Positions 28,821 through 44,143 of a stretch of 64,000 nt of DNA are shown in pieces. The notes under the pieces were generated by a model, which saw only the letters and a program-made list of their open reading frames with translations, was not told where the DNA came from and did not search any database. This DNA is from Octopus vulgaris (Eukaryota), in contig OX597831.1 of the NCBI GenBank assembly GCA_951406725.2, positions 24,552,001 through 24,616,000 of the forward strand. The letters are read 5' to 3'. Each line of letters opens with the position of its first letter. Within the stretch, counting starts at the first letter, position 1. The translations under genes and the position numbers were made by a program.

Positions 28821-28891
28821 GAGTGCAACTTCACAGTTCAATAAGCGAGACTGTGCATGCTGGCTGCCTGCGCTAGTTACAGCACCAAGCA

Positions 28892-28929
<38 letters not shown>

Positions 28930-31368
28930 AAGAAAGGAAGAAAGAGAGAGAGAGGGGAAAGAAAGAGAGTGAGGAGAGTGCACTGGTACTGTGGCGCTGT
29001 ATTATAGCCATTCTATGTCATAGAGTGAAGCTGCAAAATGACTCTAACCATAGTTAAATTTATCACATTTGCAATCACCACATTCCTGTCACCTTAGCTG
29101 CATCTTTTGTCACCGATATGAACACATGCACAGATACATATGCCCACGTATACACACTGTACAAACAATAACATTTAAAACAGAAAAAAGGGGATAAAAA
29201 AAAAGGCTAGCACAAAACAACCTTCTATATACATAAACATACGTTTATTTATATAGTATACATATATAGATATACATACATACATACATATATATATATA
29301 TATATCTTATACATGTGCACATATACGCACAAACAGGTGCACATACATATATGTATATATATAGATATGTAATCAAAAGCAACTTTATATAAATATACAG
29401 ATATATTTTGTATATATGTATCGTCATCAAGCTACAATTTTTTAAGATATATTGCATTTTGTATATATATACACGAGACAATCGGAAATGTATCTAAAAA
29501 ATTCTTGTGTTATAAATTAGTAATTATATCTCTTGTTTTGTCATTTTTAAAATTGTTTTTCTTATTTTCTTATCATTTGTTCTTTGTTCCTTCAGGTGTT
29601 AGTTTATTTGTTTGTGGCTCTTTTCTTTTCGTTAATTTTTACTTTGACAAATTTCAGTTCAGTTTGTTTATTTTTGATTTGTAATTTTTATTTAGTAAAT
29701 CATTTATAGTTTTCTTTTCGTTTAAGTTTTAATTTGTTTCTCTTTTCTCTCTTCTTAGGTTTTTCACACTTTCTCCTATTCTTCTTCTCGCTTCTTTACA
29801 ACCTTCTCTCGCTTTCTCTCAATCTTTCTCAAGTTTTTACTAGCATTACACTATTACCTGCTTCATCCTCTCATTTTTTCTCCTCATCCTTTTGTCATCT
29901 TTTATTCTCATCCAAGTTACTACTTTTCCGCATCTTTCTCTCTCTCTCACTCTATTTTGCTCATATTCTCTCAAACTACTGTTTCTGTCAATCCATCCAA
30001 ATATCCATCTCTCTCCTTCTCTCTCTATCCATTCCTCTCTCCCTGTCTGCCTATCTATCTATCTATCCATCTATCTATCTATCTATCTGTCTGTCAAATT
30101 TTTATCCATTTTATTTCCTTATAACTCTTCATTTTGCCTAACTTGTCATTAGATTCACACCAAGGTGTATTCACCCAGTATAGTTCTTATTAGATAAATG
30201 TATATAAATATTTATTTACCTATATAAATATAAAGGGAAAGTGAAAGTAGAAATACACGTTTATTTATAAGACTACACTTGTTTTTCCTAACTTTTTATA
30301 TTAACTTCAGCTTGCATTCGCTCAACACTAGTAACATAAGATTTTGTTTTGAATTTTCTAATTAGTGCTTTTTTTTTCCCCCTCCTTGTGGTCATGTGAC
30401 CCAATTATTCCACCCCCTTCCCTCAATCAGCATGCTGCATTGATCTTTAAAAGAGGTAAGGTGTTTCACACATACAGCACCAGGAAGATCTAAAATTGTC
30501 AACACCACTGCTGCTGCTGCAACCACCACCACCACCACCACCACCACCACCATCATCATCATCACGAAACAATAACCTGGGGAAGGTGAGAAAACAACAG
30601 CAAAAAGGAAAAACAAACAAACAAACAAACAAATGAATGAGTTACAGCCAGAAGAGAAAGAAGGAGAGGAAAGAGATGAATAAAAACTCTCACACACATA
30701 CAACGGCACATACCATTACATAAAATATTCAAATATATTCAGAAATTCATAGATATAAAGACAACATATTTCACTGAACTTAGATAAAAATTTCACCTTA
30801 TTCAATTTTCACTTTAGAAAATAGATTTGGATAAGTTATTTATTGCTTTAGTTTGTTATTTGTTTTCTGTGTTTTGTTTCATTCTTCACTTTTTCTTTAT
30901 TCTTTAAAACAAAAAAAAACCCACTCCACTCTTGTTTTCGCAACTATTCCTTATCCAGATTAATTTATTCATTATTATTACTATTATTATTATTTAATTA
31001 TTCAATTATTATTCAATTATGGTTTGAAATTTCTTTCTGTATTTTTTTTATTTCTTTTCTTCTTTTAATTTTTTCTTACTATCCTAGAAGTTATTGCTGT
31101 TCATACACGTCTTCATCTTTGGGTCCCAATACATTTCACTCCAACTTCAACTGCTACCTCTCACATAACTTTATCTCCTCATACCTTTACTTTCATCAAC
31201 ACCCCTGTTTCTCCAACTCTTTTCCTCATTGCAACCATTAATATTATTTGTATTATAACAATAATAATAATTATTATTATATTATTATTATTATAATTAT
31301 TATAATTAGCTTTTGCTCATTCTTTTAATTTGCATAATTAATTCCAGTACAAAGATAAAAAAAAGTGA

Positions 31369-31421
<53 letters not shown>

Positions 31422-32242
31422 TACATTCATAATTTTATGTACACATGTATAAGTAAAACTTACAGGAAAGAAAAGAAAAGTGAATGACAGTTGAATTGAA
31501 ACTACCAAACAATACTCTCCATGAAGTTATCCATAGAAGAAGATGAATTACACATAAAAATGTGTGTGAGAATGTGCAGGGAAGAGACAAACTGACTAAA
31601 GAAAAAGGGGAAAAAAAAATAGAAGAAAACCCACCACTACTACCTCTATTTTTTACTACTACAAGTCTTGCACACCACGCGTGCACACATACATACACAC
31701 ACACATGCGCACACTTACCAAAATGAAAAAACAAAAAAAAACATTTTAAATGCTAGCAAATTAGAAAAGAATATAAAACAAGCATGATGTCAAAATATAA
31801 GGTGAAAACCAGTGATACCTTTAACGAAGGGAAGAAAGTATAGCCATATATATATATAGGTATAAATATATAGGTATACATAGGTATACATGTATAAATA
31901 CACATACACTTATACATTAGCAGAAATATATAATTAGCAATCATTCTGTATTGGTTAGTAAATAATTAATCAACAAAAAATCCTGATGCATGAACGCAAG
32001 GAAAAAAAAGAAAAGAAAAAGGAAGGGAAACTGGACAACCTACTGATGTGACGGGGGACAATATCAGCCACCTGAGATACCTAATATTAACAACCCCAAG
32101 ATATATTGGCTAATGTCACTCACACCTGAGATATTTCGACCAGTTGCTTTGGTCGACAGTCGCATACATCTGCAACAATACTATACGCCTTCAGGGGGGG
32201 TTTCTTGTCAATAATATCATCTCGTTATTATTATTAATATTA

Positions 32243-32283
<41 letters not shown>

Positions 32284-32694
32284 CATTATTATTATTATTA
32301 CTACTACTATTATTATCATCATTTATAAATCCTGAAATTCCTAGGTCGAAGAAGATAGTAAAGAAAGTTTGGTTAAAAGGAAAGCAAGAAAAAAAAAAAA
32401 AATAAGTGGGGTGAAAAAAAAAACAAATGAAAGACGACATTAAAAAAAAGAGAAAAAGGCAAAAAAAGGATTCGTAATCATTTTTGTTTGTTACTGCTAC
32501 TGTCATTCCATTCAGTGTTGTTGTTGTTGTTATTGTGATTGTTGCTGTTGTTTGCTAAGAAGTAAACAGACCCACCACCTTTCTTGTCAGCATCAAATTC
32601 CTCTTTAATTTGTTTGCATTTCATTTCTTGAGGGTGGTGCTGTTGTTGTTGTAGTTGTTGTTGTTGTTGTTGCCGTTGTCATAACAACACAATC

Positions 32695-32905
32695 ATGGAG
32701 AATACTAAGAAGGTAGTAAATACAGATAAAAATTTGACTATAGCCACCCCTACCACCCGAACAATTGTATCCATAAAAAATGGATCTATTACAGAAAGTG
32801 AAACTACACAAGAAATAGACCCGAATCTCACATATATTGAGAAACTTCAACTAAAATACAAATGCTGTCTTCTAGACTGGATTATTGTGTGTTTTTGTAA
32901 AAAAG
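32695..32905 (+). CDS. Candidate first coding exon of an unidentified gene (70 codons + 1 nt, phase-1 donor)
   Basis: Good start context acaatcATGG; non-repetitive ORF MENTKKVVNTDKNLTIATPTTRTIVSIKNGSITESETTQEIDPNLTYIEKLQLKYKCCLLDWIIVCFCKK; strong donor AAG|GTAAGT; lies in a SINE-depleted zone. Confidence 0.6.
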
Positions 32906-33269
32906 GTAAGTTCGTTTTGCTATGATTCGTCTCTGTGCCTCTCTGTTAATAATACTGCATGCAGGTCAAAGCATACGTTATGTTACGTTAGACATATGTG
33001 TAATGACAGAAGAAAAGCAACTGATGTAAGCCAGCAGCAGGAGAAATTAGGGATGAAATGTGACCGGTTTGAGAGCCTAGAAAGACTAGGATTGGGTAGA
33101 AAAGAAGGGTATTTTGACCGTGTAGTACATGGTCAAGTTTATTTATGTACACATCTGGGAAAGCATATGAAAGTTGTGTGTGTGTCTGTATGTGTATGTT
33201 TGTAGATATTTAGAAATATCTAAATATGTTTGTGCGTGTGTACGTATTTATATATATACATATATATAC

Positions 33270-33331
<62 letters not shown>

Positions 33332-34577
33332 GTATACAGATATATTTGTATATATATGTGTGTGTGATTTTATATATACATGTAGACACATACACCCATA
33401 TGAACATGTTTTCTTGTGTATTTGATTATTAGTGTGTAAGTAAAATGTTAGCATACGTAAATGAAAGCATGGATATGAAATGGACTAAAAAATGTCCCAC
33501 AATCTGTGGGATTTGTATCTCTATGAAATGTTGAAGGTTTATAAAGTAAGCCCCCCCACAGGGAAGGACCAAAACCACAATGTGGAGGTTAGATGATGTT
33601 CAACTCGGTATCAAACCAGTTGCGAAAAGCAGGTAGCCAACTACTCACCGCTACTTCGCATAAATAATAAAATGTAATAGAAATTGTCAAGACATTTAAG
33701 AATGAATAATGCAGAGAAATATATAAGCTGTCTACATATGTTGGATGAGACAGAAGGGAAAAGTAGAGTCAACTACAAAAGAAATTGAACCTTACATCTG
33801 TCTCTCACTTGCTTAGTGATCCTGCTACAAATTACACCCAAGCAGATTCTCACTCTCTTCCTACCTTCCCTCTCTCTTTCTCTCTCTCTCTTTCTCTCTC
33901 TCTCTCTATACATATATGTGTGTGTGTGTGTGTGTGTGTACATATATGTATATATTGTTATATTTGAAAGTTCAAACTTTGTAATATAATACAGAAAAGT
34001 TTTAAACTTCGTATATACTGTTATTTATATTTGAAGGGTGTAATGTAAAGACGATGATAAAAGGAATAGACAGACAAATCTGCTACAAGACACTCAGTGT
34101 TTTAATTTTTGTATCAATGATATATATATACATGATGTATTTCAGAATGAGAAGAAATTCCTCAACTACTGCAAGAAATATGATATTCAGCATGCTTAAT
34201 GTATTTTCAATGTAGAAAAAAGTTCTCTTGAGTTGATTAATCTGATAGAAGCACATTAATTACAAAATTGTTATCTATTTATTTATCTAATTATTCTTCT
34301 GTATAACTAAATGCTCGATGTCTATATTTTTACTATGCATTTCTGCCGGTCTACTGATGTATGCACATGTCTACCTGTCAATGTCTGTGGGAAACGAATA
34401 ATTCAGTTACTACAGGTATGACCAATATATGCGTTCTCATTTTTGTCGCTATAGGCAGCAAGATTGACAGAAAACAGAGGCATTCTCAATTTTCTTACCA
34501 TGAATAAATATAGATGCTTGTCTGTGTGTATACATACAGGTGTATGAGTGTATGTAAATGAGTCTGAGTATATATAT

Positions 34578-34988
34578 ACTCTCTCTTACTCTTTTACTTG
34601 TTTCAGTCATTTGACTGCGGCCATGCTGGAGCACCGCCTTTAATCGAGCAACTCGACCACGGGACTTATTCTTTTGTAAGCCCAGTACTTATTCTATTGG
34701 TCTCTTTTGCTGAACCGCTAAGTAACGGGGACGTAAACACACCAGCATCAGTTGTCAAGCAATGCTAGGGGGACAAACACAGACACACAAACATACATGC
34801 ACATATATATATATACATATATACAACGAGCTTCTTTCAGTTTCCGTCTACCAAATCCACTCACAAGGCATTGGTCGGCCCGGGGCTATAGCAGAAGACA
34901 CTTGCCCAAGGTACCACGCAGTGGGACTGAACCCAGAACCATGTGGTTGGTTAGCAAACTACTTACCACACAGCCACTCCTGCGCCTA
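34578..34988 (-). mobile_element. SINE family A, full length
   Basis: Complete reverse complement. Confidence 0.9.
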
Positions 34989-35074
34989 CATATCCTGCTT
35001 ATATACGTTTGTCTGTATATACATACATGTACGTGTGTGTGTGTGTAAATATATATATGTATATATATATATAC

Positions 35075-35338
35075 TTTTTTTACTTTTACATGTTTCAGTC
35101 ATTTGACTGTGGCCATGCTGGAGCACTGCCTTAAAGAGTTTTAGTCACAGAAATCAGCCCCAGGATATATTCTTTGTAAGCTGAGAACTTACTCTATCAG
35201 TCTGTTTAGCCAAACAGCTAGGTTACAGGGAACATAAACACATCAACATCGGTTGTCAAGCAATGGTGGGGAGGAACAAACACACACACCCATAAATATG
35301 CATACGTATATATGTGTGTGTGTGTGTGTGTATACGTG

Positions 35339-35370
<32 letters not shown>

Positions 35371-36170
35371 GACAGGCTTCTTTCAGTTTCTGCCTACCAA
35401 AACCACAACAAAGCTTTGATCAGCCCAAAGCTATAATAGAAGACACTTGCCCATGGTGGTATCTAGTGGGACTGAACCCAGAACCATGTGATTGGGAAGC
35501 AAGCTTCTTACTGCATAGCCATGCCTTATATATATATATATATATATATGACAGGCTTCTTTCAGTTTCCATCTACTAAATCCACTAACAAGGCTTTGGC
35601 TGGCCCAAGGCTATAGTAGAAGACTCTAGCCCAAGGTGTCATGCAGTGGGACTGAACCTGGAACCATGTGGTTGGGATGTAAGCTACTTACCACACAGCC
35701 ACTCCTGTGCCTATACACACACACACATATATATATAATTGTATGTATTTATGTATGAATCAATATGCATATGTTTATATAGGCATGTGGATGTATGTGC
35801 ATGTATCTTTTATTTGTTTCAGTCATAGGAGTGTGGCTATGCTGGGGCACTGTCTTGAAGAGTTTAGCAGAACAAATTAAATTTTGCTGAACTGCTAAGT
35901 TATAGGGAAAAAAACAAACCGACAAGGGTTGCCAATCAGTAGAGGGCAGAAACACAAAGACAAACACACAGTCGCATACACACACAGTCACTCACACATA
36001 CTCATATACACCTGACAGGCTTCATTCAGTTTCCATCCACCAAATTTAATAATAAGGCTATAATAATAAGCTATAATAGAAGAGAATTAATTGCCCAACG
36101 TGCCACATAGAAAGATTGAACTTGAAGCCATGAGGTTGAGAAGTGAAATTCTTACCACACAGCCATATCT
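35075..36170 (-). mobile_element. Cluster of three older family A SINEs (35075-35526, 35548-35712, 35805-36170)
   Basis: Repeated gacaggctt..ttcagtttc..cc..c.aaa and head motifs. Confidence 0.8.
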
Positions 36171-36866
36171 ACATATATGTGCATGTGTGTGTATATGTAT
36201 GTATTTTTTTATGTGCAGCTTAGTGTATGTGTATACGTATATACATCCATGTGAAAGAATGTATATGTATAAAGGTAAGCATGTATGTATATATGTATTT
36301 CAGTGTGTGTGTATATATATATAAATGTATATACCTATATTAGCACGTGTGTGTGTGTGTACATTTCTATCTCTGTTTCTATATGCATATGTCTATATGA
36401 AGAATATATATATATATATATATATATATCATGCATGATCAACATTTATATATACATTCATATGTGCATATGCACATATATACATATATAGAAATATGTA
36501 TATATGTATATGTACATTTAAGTATGTGTATATATATGTATCTGTATTTATCTGTACATATATTCACCTACATCTGTACACATACGTATATGCATGTATA
36601 TCTTTGCATATATGAGTGTGTGCCTATATACGTCTGTATGCATCTATAGGCATATATATGTATGTATATCTACATCTGTCTATCTCTCTCATATGTATAT
36701 ACACAAATATACATATGTGTGCATGCACGCGTGTGTGTGTATAACGGAATAAGCACATATATGTGAAACAAGTTGGAAAAACGAGTACTCAACTACCAGA
36801 GGTAGAGTAAAATGCTATATTTAAAAGAAGCAGAAATATAAGAAAAGCTTTTGAATAAAGTATATA

Positions 36867-36908
<42 letters not shown>

Positions 36909-36928
36909 TGTGTATATATGTGTATATA

Positions 36929-36963
<35 letters not shown>

Positions 36964-37058
36964 TTATTTGTGTGTGTGTATCTATATATACATACATATG
37001 CGTATACATGCATAGATATGGATATATTTCTATATATGTAAATATGTAGATGTTTGTA

Positions 37059-37095
<37 letters not shown>

Positions 37096-37145
37096 ACATG
37101 TATATAAATGTATCTCTATGTATGTATATTAGTATGAATATTTAC

Positions 37146-37309
37146 AGGTACAGGCATGGCTTTGTGGCAAGGAATTTGCTTTCCAACCACATGTTTCCAG
37201 GTTCTGTCCCTCCGCATGACACCTTTGGTGTCTTTTTCTATATATAGCCCCTTACTAACCAAAGCATTGTCAGTCAATTTGGTGGACTATGACTGAAAGA
37301 AGCCAGTCG

Positions 37310-37310
<1 letters not shown>
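37146..37310 (+). mobile_element. SINE family A 5' half
   Basis: caggcatggctttgtgg...aaccacatg...gactgaaagaagcc. Confidence 0.7.
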
Positions 37311-37359
<49 letters not shown>

Positions 37360-37539
37360 CATATATACATAGACATAGAAATACACATACATATATATAC
37401 ACACACATATATATATACACACACATATATACATGCATATATATACACATATATATGCATATATATACACACACATATATACATATATATTTTATACATA
37501 TACACACACATATACATATATATATATATATATGCCTGT

Positions 37540-37740
37540 TGTCCTTTACTTGTTTCAGTCATAAGACTGCGGCCATGCTGGGGCACTGCCCTTGAAGTAT
37601 CTTTAGTTGAAAGAATCGACCATAGCACTTATAGAATAAGCCCGTCACTTATTCAATCGGTTACTTTTGCTCAACCACGAATTCACTGGGACATAAAGAC
37701 ACCAGCTCTGGTTGTCAAGCAGTGAGATGGGGAGGCAACA

Positions 37741-37785
<45 letters not shown>

Positions 37786-37966
37786 GCATAATTTATTAAC
37801 ACTTGTGTGATGGGCTTCTTTCAGTTTCCATCTACCAAATTCACTCAAGGCTTTGGTTGGCACGATGCTGTAGTAAAAGATACCTACACAAGGTACCACA
37901 AAGTGGGACTGAACCTTGAATCATGTGGTTACAAAGCAAGCCTCTTACCATACTGCTACACCTGTG

Positions 37967-37968
<2 letters not shown>
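37540..37968 (-). mobile_element. SINE family A, degenerate
   Basis: tttacttgtttcagtcat...gtgggactgaacc. Confidence 0.8.
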
Positions 37969-38009
<41 letters not shown>

Positions 38010-38032
38010 ATATACATATATATATATATATG

Positions 38033-38101
<69 letters not shown>

Positions 38102-38387
38102 TTTACTTGTTTTAGGAATCAGACTGCAATTATGCTGTGGCACTGTTTTGAGGGGTTCTAATTGAATGAATTAAACCCTGCAATTCATTTTTTTAGAGAC
38201 AGGACCTTATATTACTGGACTCTGTAGTCAAACCACTAATTTATGAGGATGTAAACATACAGGGACATGTCAAACAATTCTAGGGTAAAACGCACACATT
38301 CATATATATAGACATTCGTATACATGCGTGTATATATATATTTATATAAATGTGTGCACAGACACTCACGCATATATATATATATAG

Positions 38388-38720
38388 TTATGGCTCAGTG
38401 GTTAGAGTGTCGGACCCACAATCATGAGGTAGTGAGTTCAATTCCTGGACTGGGCTGTGTGTTGTGTTCTTGAACAAGACGCTTTATTTCAAGTTGTTCC
38501 AGTTCACTCAGCTGTAGAAATGAGTTGCAAAGTCACTGGTGCCAAGCTGTATTGACGTTTGCCTTTCCCTTAGACAACATCAGCTGGATGGAGAAGGGAG
38601 GCTGGTGCACATGGGTGACTTCTGGTCTTCTACAAACAACCTTGCCAGGATATGTGCCTTGGAGGGAAACTTTCTGGGGGCAATCCCCATGGTCATTCAT
38701 GACCAAAGGGCATCTTTACT
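38388..38720 (+). mobile_element. SINE related to family C
   Basis: tggctcagtggttagag, gagttcaattcc, gttgtgttcttgaacaagac...cactcagctg shared with 10270-10537. Confidence 0.75.
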
Positions 38721-39059
38721 TATTACATATGTGCACGTAATTATATACCTACACACACACACACACACACACACATTTATTTGCATAATTTTTAAGCCAA
38801 TGTGATGGGGTAACATGCTCCATATATTGGCAAAGTATTTTAGGGCCTATTTAACCATGGTTGTCCTAAATGTCATCATACTTGCTCATGAAAAGGGTCA
38901 AAGCTGCAACATTTAGAAGCAAAAGCTGAAACACAATTCTACCTGAGTTGACAGAAGCCGCATGGAATGAATCACCTTTTTTTAGGGCACAGTGTGACAC
39001 TCATTGGCACAGTGTTCATATACTCAACCTTATGGTTATGAAGATGAATGCATGTGTGC

Positions 39060-39110
<51 letters not shown>

Positions 39111-39532
39111 TACATCTGTGCATATATATATATATATGTAATATATATGTATGTAATATATATTTATGTAATATATATTTATATAAATATCAGAGTTCAT
39201 ATCATTGTATACATATTTATATCATCATCATCATTTGGCATCTGCTTTCCATGCTGGCATGAGTTAGACGGCTTGACTGAAACTGTTAAGCTGGAGAACT
39301 GCACCAGCTTCCAATCTGATTTGGCATCCAAACTGCATGGTTTGGGGTTCAATTCTGCTGTGACACCTTCAGCAAGTGTTTTCTATTGCTCCAGTTAGTC
39401 TAAATTTGTGTATGCTGATTTTGTAGATGAAAACTCTCACTGTGCATATCTCTCTCCCTCTTTATATATATATATACACATCTTAGAACAGAATGGAGTA
39501 AGTGGAGCAAGAACACACACAAAAACGAAAAG

Positions 39533-39579
39533 TGTCCCTGAAGAGGTCACAGATGTGTGACAAAAAAGATTTCTGGACA
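39533..39579 (+). ncRNA. Decayed hammerhead ribozyme motif
   Basis: tgtcc-CTGAAGA-g-GTCACA gatg TGTGAC-AAAA..tc-tggaca; GAAA lost, consistent with CpG decay; same stem II as 47206-47250. Confidence 0.5.
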
Positions 39580-39728
39580 ATGGACATAGGTTAAAATAAT
39601 AAAATAAGAAGAGTCATAAATGAGAGAAGAAAAAATATATATATATAATATGTGTGTTTATTTGGTAAAAAAAAAACATCTGTTGCAACACTCTATTTCA
39701 CATCAGGAATCTTGCAAAATGAATTGAT

Positions 39729-39786
<58 letters not shown>

Positions 39787-42774
39787 GCATCTACACATGT
39801 ACACAGACACAAACACACATAAACACATGTACACCCACCCACCCACACACACAGATTGATTGATGGATGGATGGATGGATGGATAGATAGGTAGGTACCT
39901 GTATCTCTTAGTTTGTGTGTATGTATGTGTGTGTGTGTTATTGTCTTCTTGCTTTGGCATTTCATGATAGTCGTAAACAAGTGTCACCACCATACAAGTG
40001 GTTTTGTTCCGAATTGTCTATGAAAACATGCCTAATCCTGGAGAAATATTACTTTCGTTAGAAACAAGTGAAGGATAGCAAAAGGAAGGGCATAGAAAAT
40101 CAGTATCAATTACTTATATCTAACCCATGCAGGCATGGCATAGTGGATGTTAAAACCATGATTATATATATATGTGTGTGTGTATTATATATATATATAA
40201 GTATCTATATTTATATATATATGTGTATGTGTGTGTGTGTGTGTATGTGTATATATACATATATATGTATATATATATGTGTGTGTGTGTGTGTGTTTGT
40301 GAATAGACAAATAGATTGGTAGGTAGGGAAGTAGTTAGATGCAGATAGATAGCTATATATATATATATATATATATATATAATGTATTATGAACACATAC
40401 ATATATATATAAACACACATATAGACATATATTTCTGTGTGTGTGTGCAGTTATATATATATTTATTATGAACACATAGACATACACATATACATATATC
40501 TGCACTCACACACAAATATATATGTATATGTAAATGTATATATATATATATACACACATATTTATGTATGTATGTATATACACAAAATACATTTATGAAA
40601 TATATATGACAAAGTGGCAGACACAGAATCGTAACATAATTTTTGAAAATAAAACTACCCTCATTTGTTAGCTAGTGTCAGATTCTTATTCAGGCAGGTG
40701 AAAAGTAGCAATGAAAAGCTAAAAAAAAGAAAAAGGAAACTTTTCGTGGTGAGAAAAAGTAGCCTTAATTTTGTCAAACTCAACAAAGTTTGTCATAAAT
40801 ATTGAGTGATTTTTTTACCTACCACTTTAAACTCTAAATGTTTTTCTATATAGTTAGAGATATGTATGTATGTATCTATGTATGTATGTATGTATGTATG
40901 TATGTATGTATGTATGTATGTATGTATGTGTGTGTGTGTATGGACATATGTGTTTCTGTGTGTGTAGTATGGTAGTGAATTCATTGTTCCATTACTTGCA
41001 TTGACCAGAATGCATTGCTGGATTTGTTTTGGTCCTCAGTAGTCCCTCTTTCGTAGTTTACCTTCATCGTTCTTCCTTTCAAAAAGTTGCAAAAAAGTGT
41101 AGCATGCTGTAGATCAGTGGAATGGTAAGGCACCAGGAAGTTGCCTTGTTGTAGCTACTGTTTCAGCTTGGCGTTTTTTTAATCCAAATCTCACCTTCAT
41201 TGTCACCAGAAAATCAGGGTTCTTTGTGGGTATTATAAGAAACAAAATAAAGAAAATGGGAAAGAGCCCACAGTGATGGTCTTGGGAAGATCTTGAGCTT
41301 GTGCTTATATACATCAGCTGATCACTTTCTATGCCAGTCTAACAGTTAGTTGTCAGGGGAGATTGTAAGGAGACTGCAAGTCCCATGCACTCAAAGATGA
41401 TAGATATGTATATTTATGTATAAGAAAGAAATGTAATGCAATCCAACTCCCACGTGCATTTTATGTAACAACTAACCATCAACCCACACAAAGCAACACG
41501 TGAGATTATAAGTTTGTTTGTAATTATGTTATTGAAATCAAAACCTGATCAGAATAGTTTTCAAACTTTGCAATTAGTTTTCAAATACTTAAAAAAACAA
41601 TCAATGTCTGAATAATTGAGTGAATTAATAAAATAAATTCTAAGAAATTAAGAAGGGTTTCTTCTATATATTTCATTATTATCTTTTTTTTTATGAGAAA
41701 TGTTAAAATGGATTTGTGTATATTTTTCTTTTTTAGTCTGCAGTTTAAATGTATTTTTATGTTATATGTTTTACAAGCAATTTTTTCTATCTTGTATATT
41801 AAGTTTCTAAGTTAAGCAAGAGAATTTTTTTTTTCAACATCATATTTCATTTGAGAGCTAATGTGTAAACAGAGATAAACTTCCAACAGTTTTTTTTTTC
41901 TTTCCGGTTTATTCTTTCCAGTCTCGTTTTTCTGATCCACTTTTTGTATGTTTGTGTTTGTGTTTTGCGACTGTGTATATTTTTCTCTATATGTATCACA
42001 TTTTACATTGATATGCGTCATTAGAGAGCTTTCAGCCAATGCGATTCTAACTGTCCTTCTGTTCATCATTTTTCAAAATGTCCCATTAAATAAAATCATA
42101 ACCAGACGAACAGAAAATGTATATTTTAAAACTATTAGAATATCCTGCATATGCCATTAACATTAATTACTTTTCATTGCAGTTGTAGAGGATCTCAAAA
42201 TATTTAGAGGTATAATGTATAATATACTTGTATTGCATCTTGTATACGATGTGTATCTGTGGTTAAACTGTTAAAAATAACAGCCAAATCTTCTGTCGAT
42301 AAAAAAAGAACCCATTGGACAATGAAGTCTTAATATACAATAATACTTAACCATAGGCATATTTCATGAAGGCTATCTTTGGGTTAAATAACAACTCCAG
42401 AGAGAGGAATAGCAGGGTTATGCCAGAGATAACAAAGTTAATTATGAAAATCCAAGAGAATTTGAACTTAGCTCACCAGAACTAGAGACTTCCAGGTGCT
42501 TAGACTTCTTCACATATTATACTGATTTTTAAAATTGGCACAAATTCATGTTTTTGATGATGGAAGGAAGTTACAGTGAATTATATTGCCCTACTCCACC
42601 ACCCAACCAAGAGTTGTGATAATTTATTTCATCAGCACCAAGAAAGATGAATGGCAAAGTTCACACTGACAGAATTTGAACCCTGACCTCAAAGTTCCCT
42701 GACTAAATATTACAAGACATTTTTCTGTCTTTCTGCCACTCTGTTTCATTTCCATAAAGCCACACATTTAAAAT

Positions 42775-43252
42775 TAACCCTTTAGCATTTAAACCGGTCA
42801 TCCAGCAAAAAAATTCTACCTGTTTTATCTCTGAACTGACCAGATCTGGCTTCTCACACTTACCCTACAATATTATTCTAAAAATAGGGAAGCAAGCTGG
42901 CAGAATCATTAGAACATTGGATGAAATGCTCAGCAGTATTTCATCTGTTGTTATGGTCCAAGTTCAAATTCCACCAAGGTCAACTTTGCCTTTCATCCTT
43001 TCGGGGTGGATTAAATAAACACCAGTTATGCACTGGGGGCAATGTAATCGACTTAATCCCTTTGTCTGTCCTTGTTTTTCCCCTCCATGTTTAGTCACCT
43101 GTGGGCAATAAAGAAATAAATATTATTCTAAAGTTAGACAATGACATCATTGAAATCTTGAAGCTACAAGGTTAACACATGACAAATTCATATCAATGTG
43201 ATTAAATAAGGATTATATATGACAGAGAGAAATCTGAAAGTTAAAGAGTTAA
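42775..43252. mobile_element. TTAA-flanked MITE family 2 with nested SINE B
   Basis: ttaacccttta...taaagagttaa termini; homolog at 11075. Confidence 0.7.
42887..43118 (+). mobile_element. SINE family B nested in the MITE
   Basis: 14-bp TSD aatattattctaaa (42869-42882 / 43119-43132). Confidence 0.85.
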
Positions 43253-43629
43253 ACAATATATTCATTTGAATTCATACCCAACATACACTTGATATATGTT
43301 CCAATCCCAAAGAGAGGATCCTCAGAGTTTACCCTTGTGGGATTTAAACTCAGAATAGGTAAGACATAGTTATGTAAGTCTTTTAGACCTGTATATAAGT
43401 ATTTCTGTCACTCTGTTACCAAGCCAACTAATGTTGACTATGATTTTTATAGATTAGTGAAAAAGCCACTAATCAACCCAGTGTATGGGAAATAGAGGTA
43501 CTGTGAGGAGGTTAGAATTTATGATATATTGAGAATGAGCTAAGTAACAATAGATGTTTAAATTTTATGCTCTACTGCCCTTTCACTACCATTGTTTTAA
43601 TAATAACAACTATAATGATGGTTTCAGGT

Positions 43630-43800
43630 TTTGGCATGAGGTCAACGAATTTGGGAGAGGGTGTAGGTCGATTACATCGACCCCAGTTCTCCACTGCTAC
43701 TTATTTTACCAACCCTGGAAGGATGAAAGGCAAAGTCGACTTCAGCAGAATTTGAACTCAAAGTTTAAAACAGAATAAATGCCACTAAGCATTTTGAGCA
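43630..43800 (-). mobile_element. SINE family B, degenerate
   Basis: gtcgattacatcgaccccagt...aggatgaaaggcaaagtcgac...atttgaactc. Confidence 0.8.
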
Positions 43801-43801
43801 G

Positions 43802-43803
<2 letters not shown>

Positions 43804-43874
<71 letters not shown>

Positions 43875-44054
43875 GTAGTAATAATAATAATAATAATAGT
43901 AATGATAATAATAATAATGATGATAATAATGATAATGATGATAATAATGATGATGATGATAATAATAATGATGATGATAATAATGATGATGATGATAATA
44001 ATGATAATAATGATTATAATGATGATAATAATAATGATAATGATGATGATGATG

Positions 44055-44086
<32 letters not shown>

Positions 44087-44143
44087 GATTATAATGATGA
44101 TAATGATAATAATAATGATGATAATAATAATATTGATAATATG
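43804..44143. repeat. (ATA)n/(ATG)n trinucleotide tract, ~340 bp
   Basis: Directly visible. Confidence 0.95.

Noticed and set aside
41114-41314. 66-aa minus-strand ORF in unique sequence
   Set aside because: No recognisable homology or splice context; length is within chance expectation.
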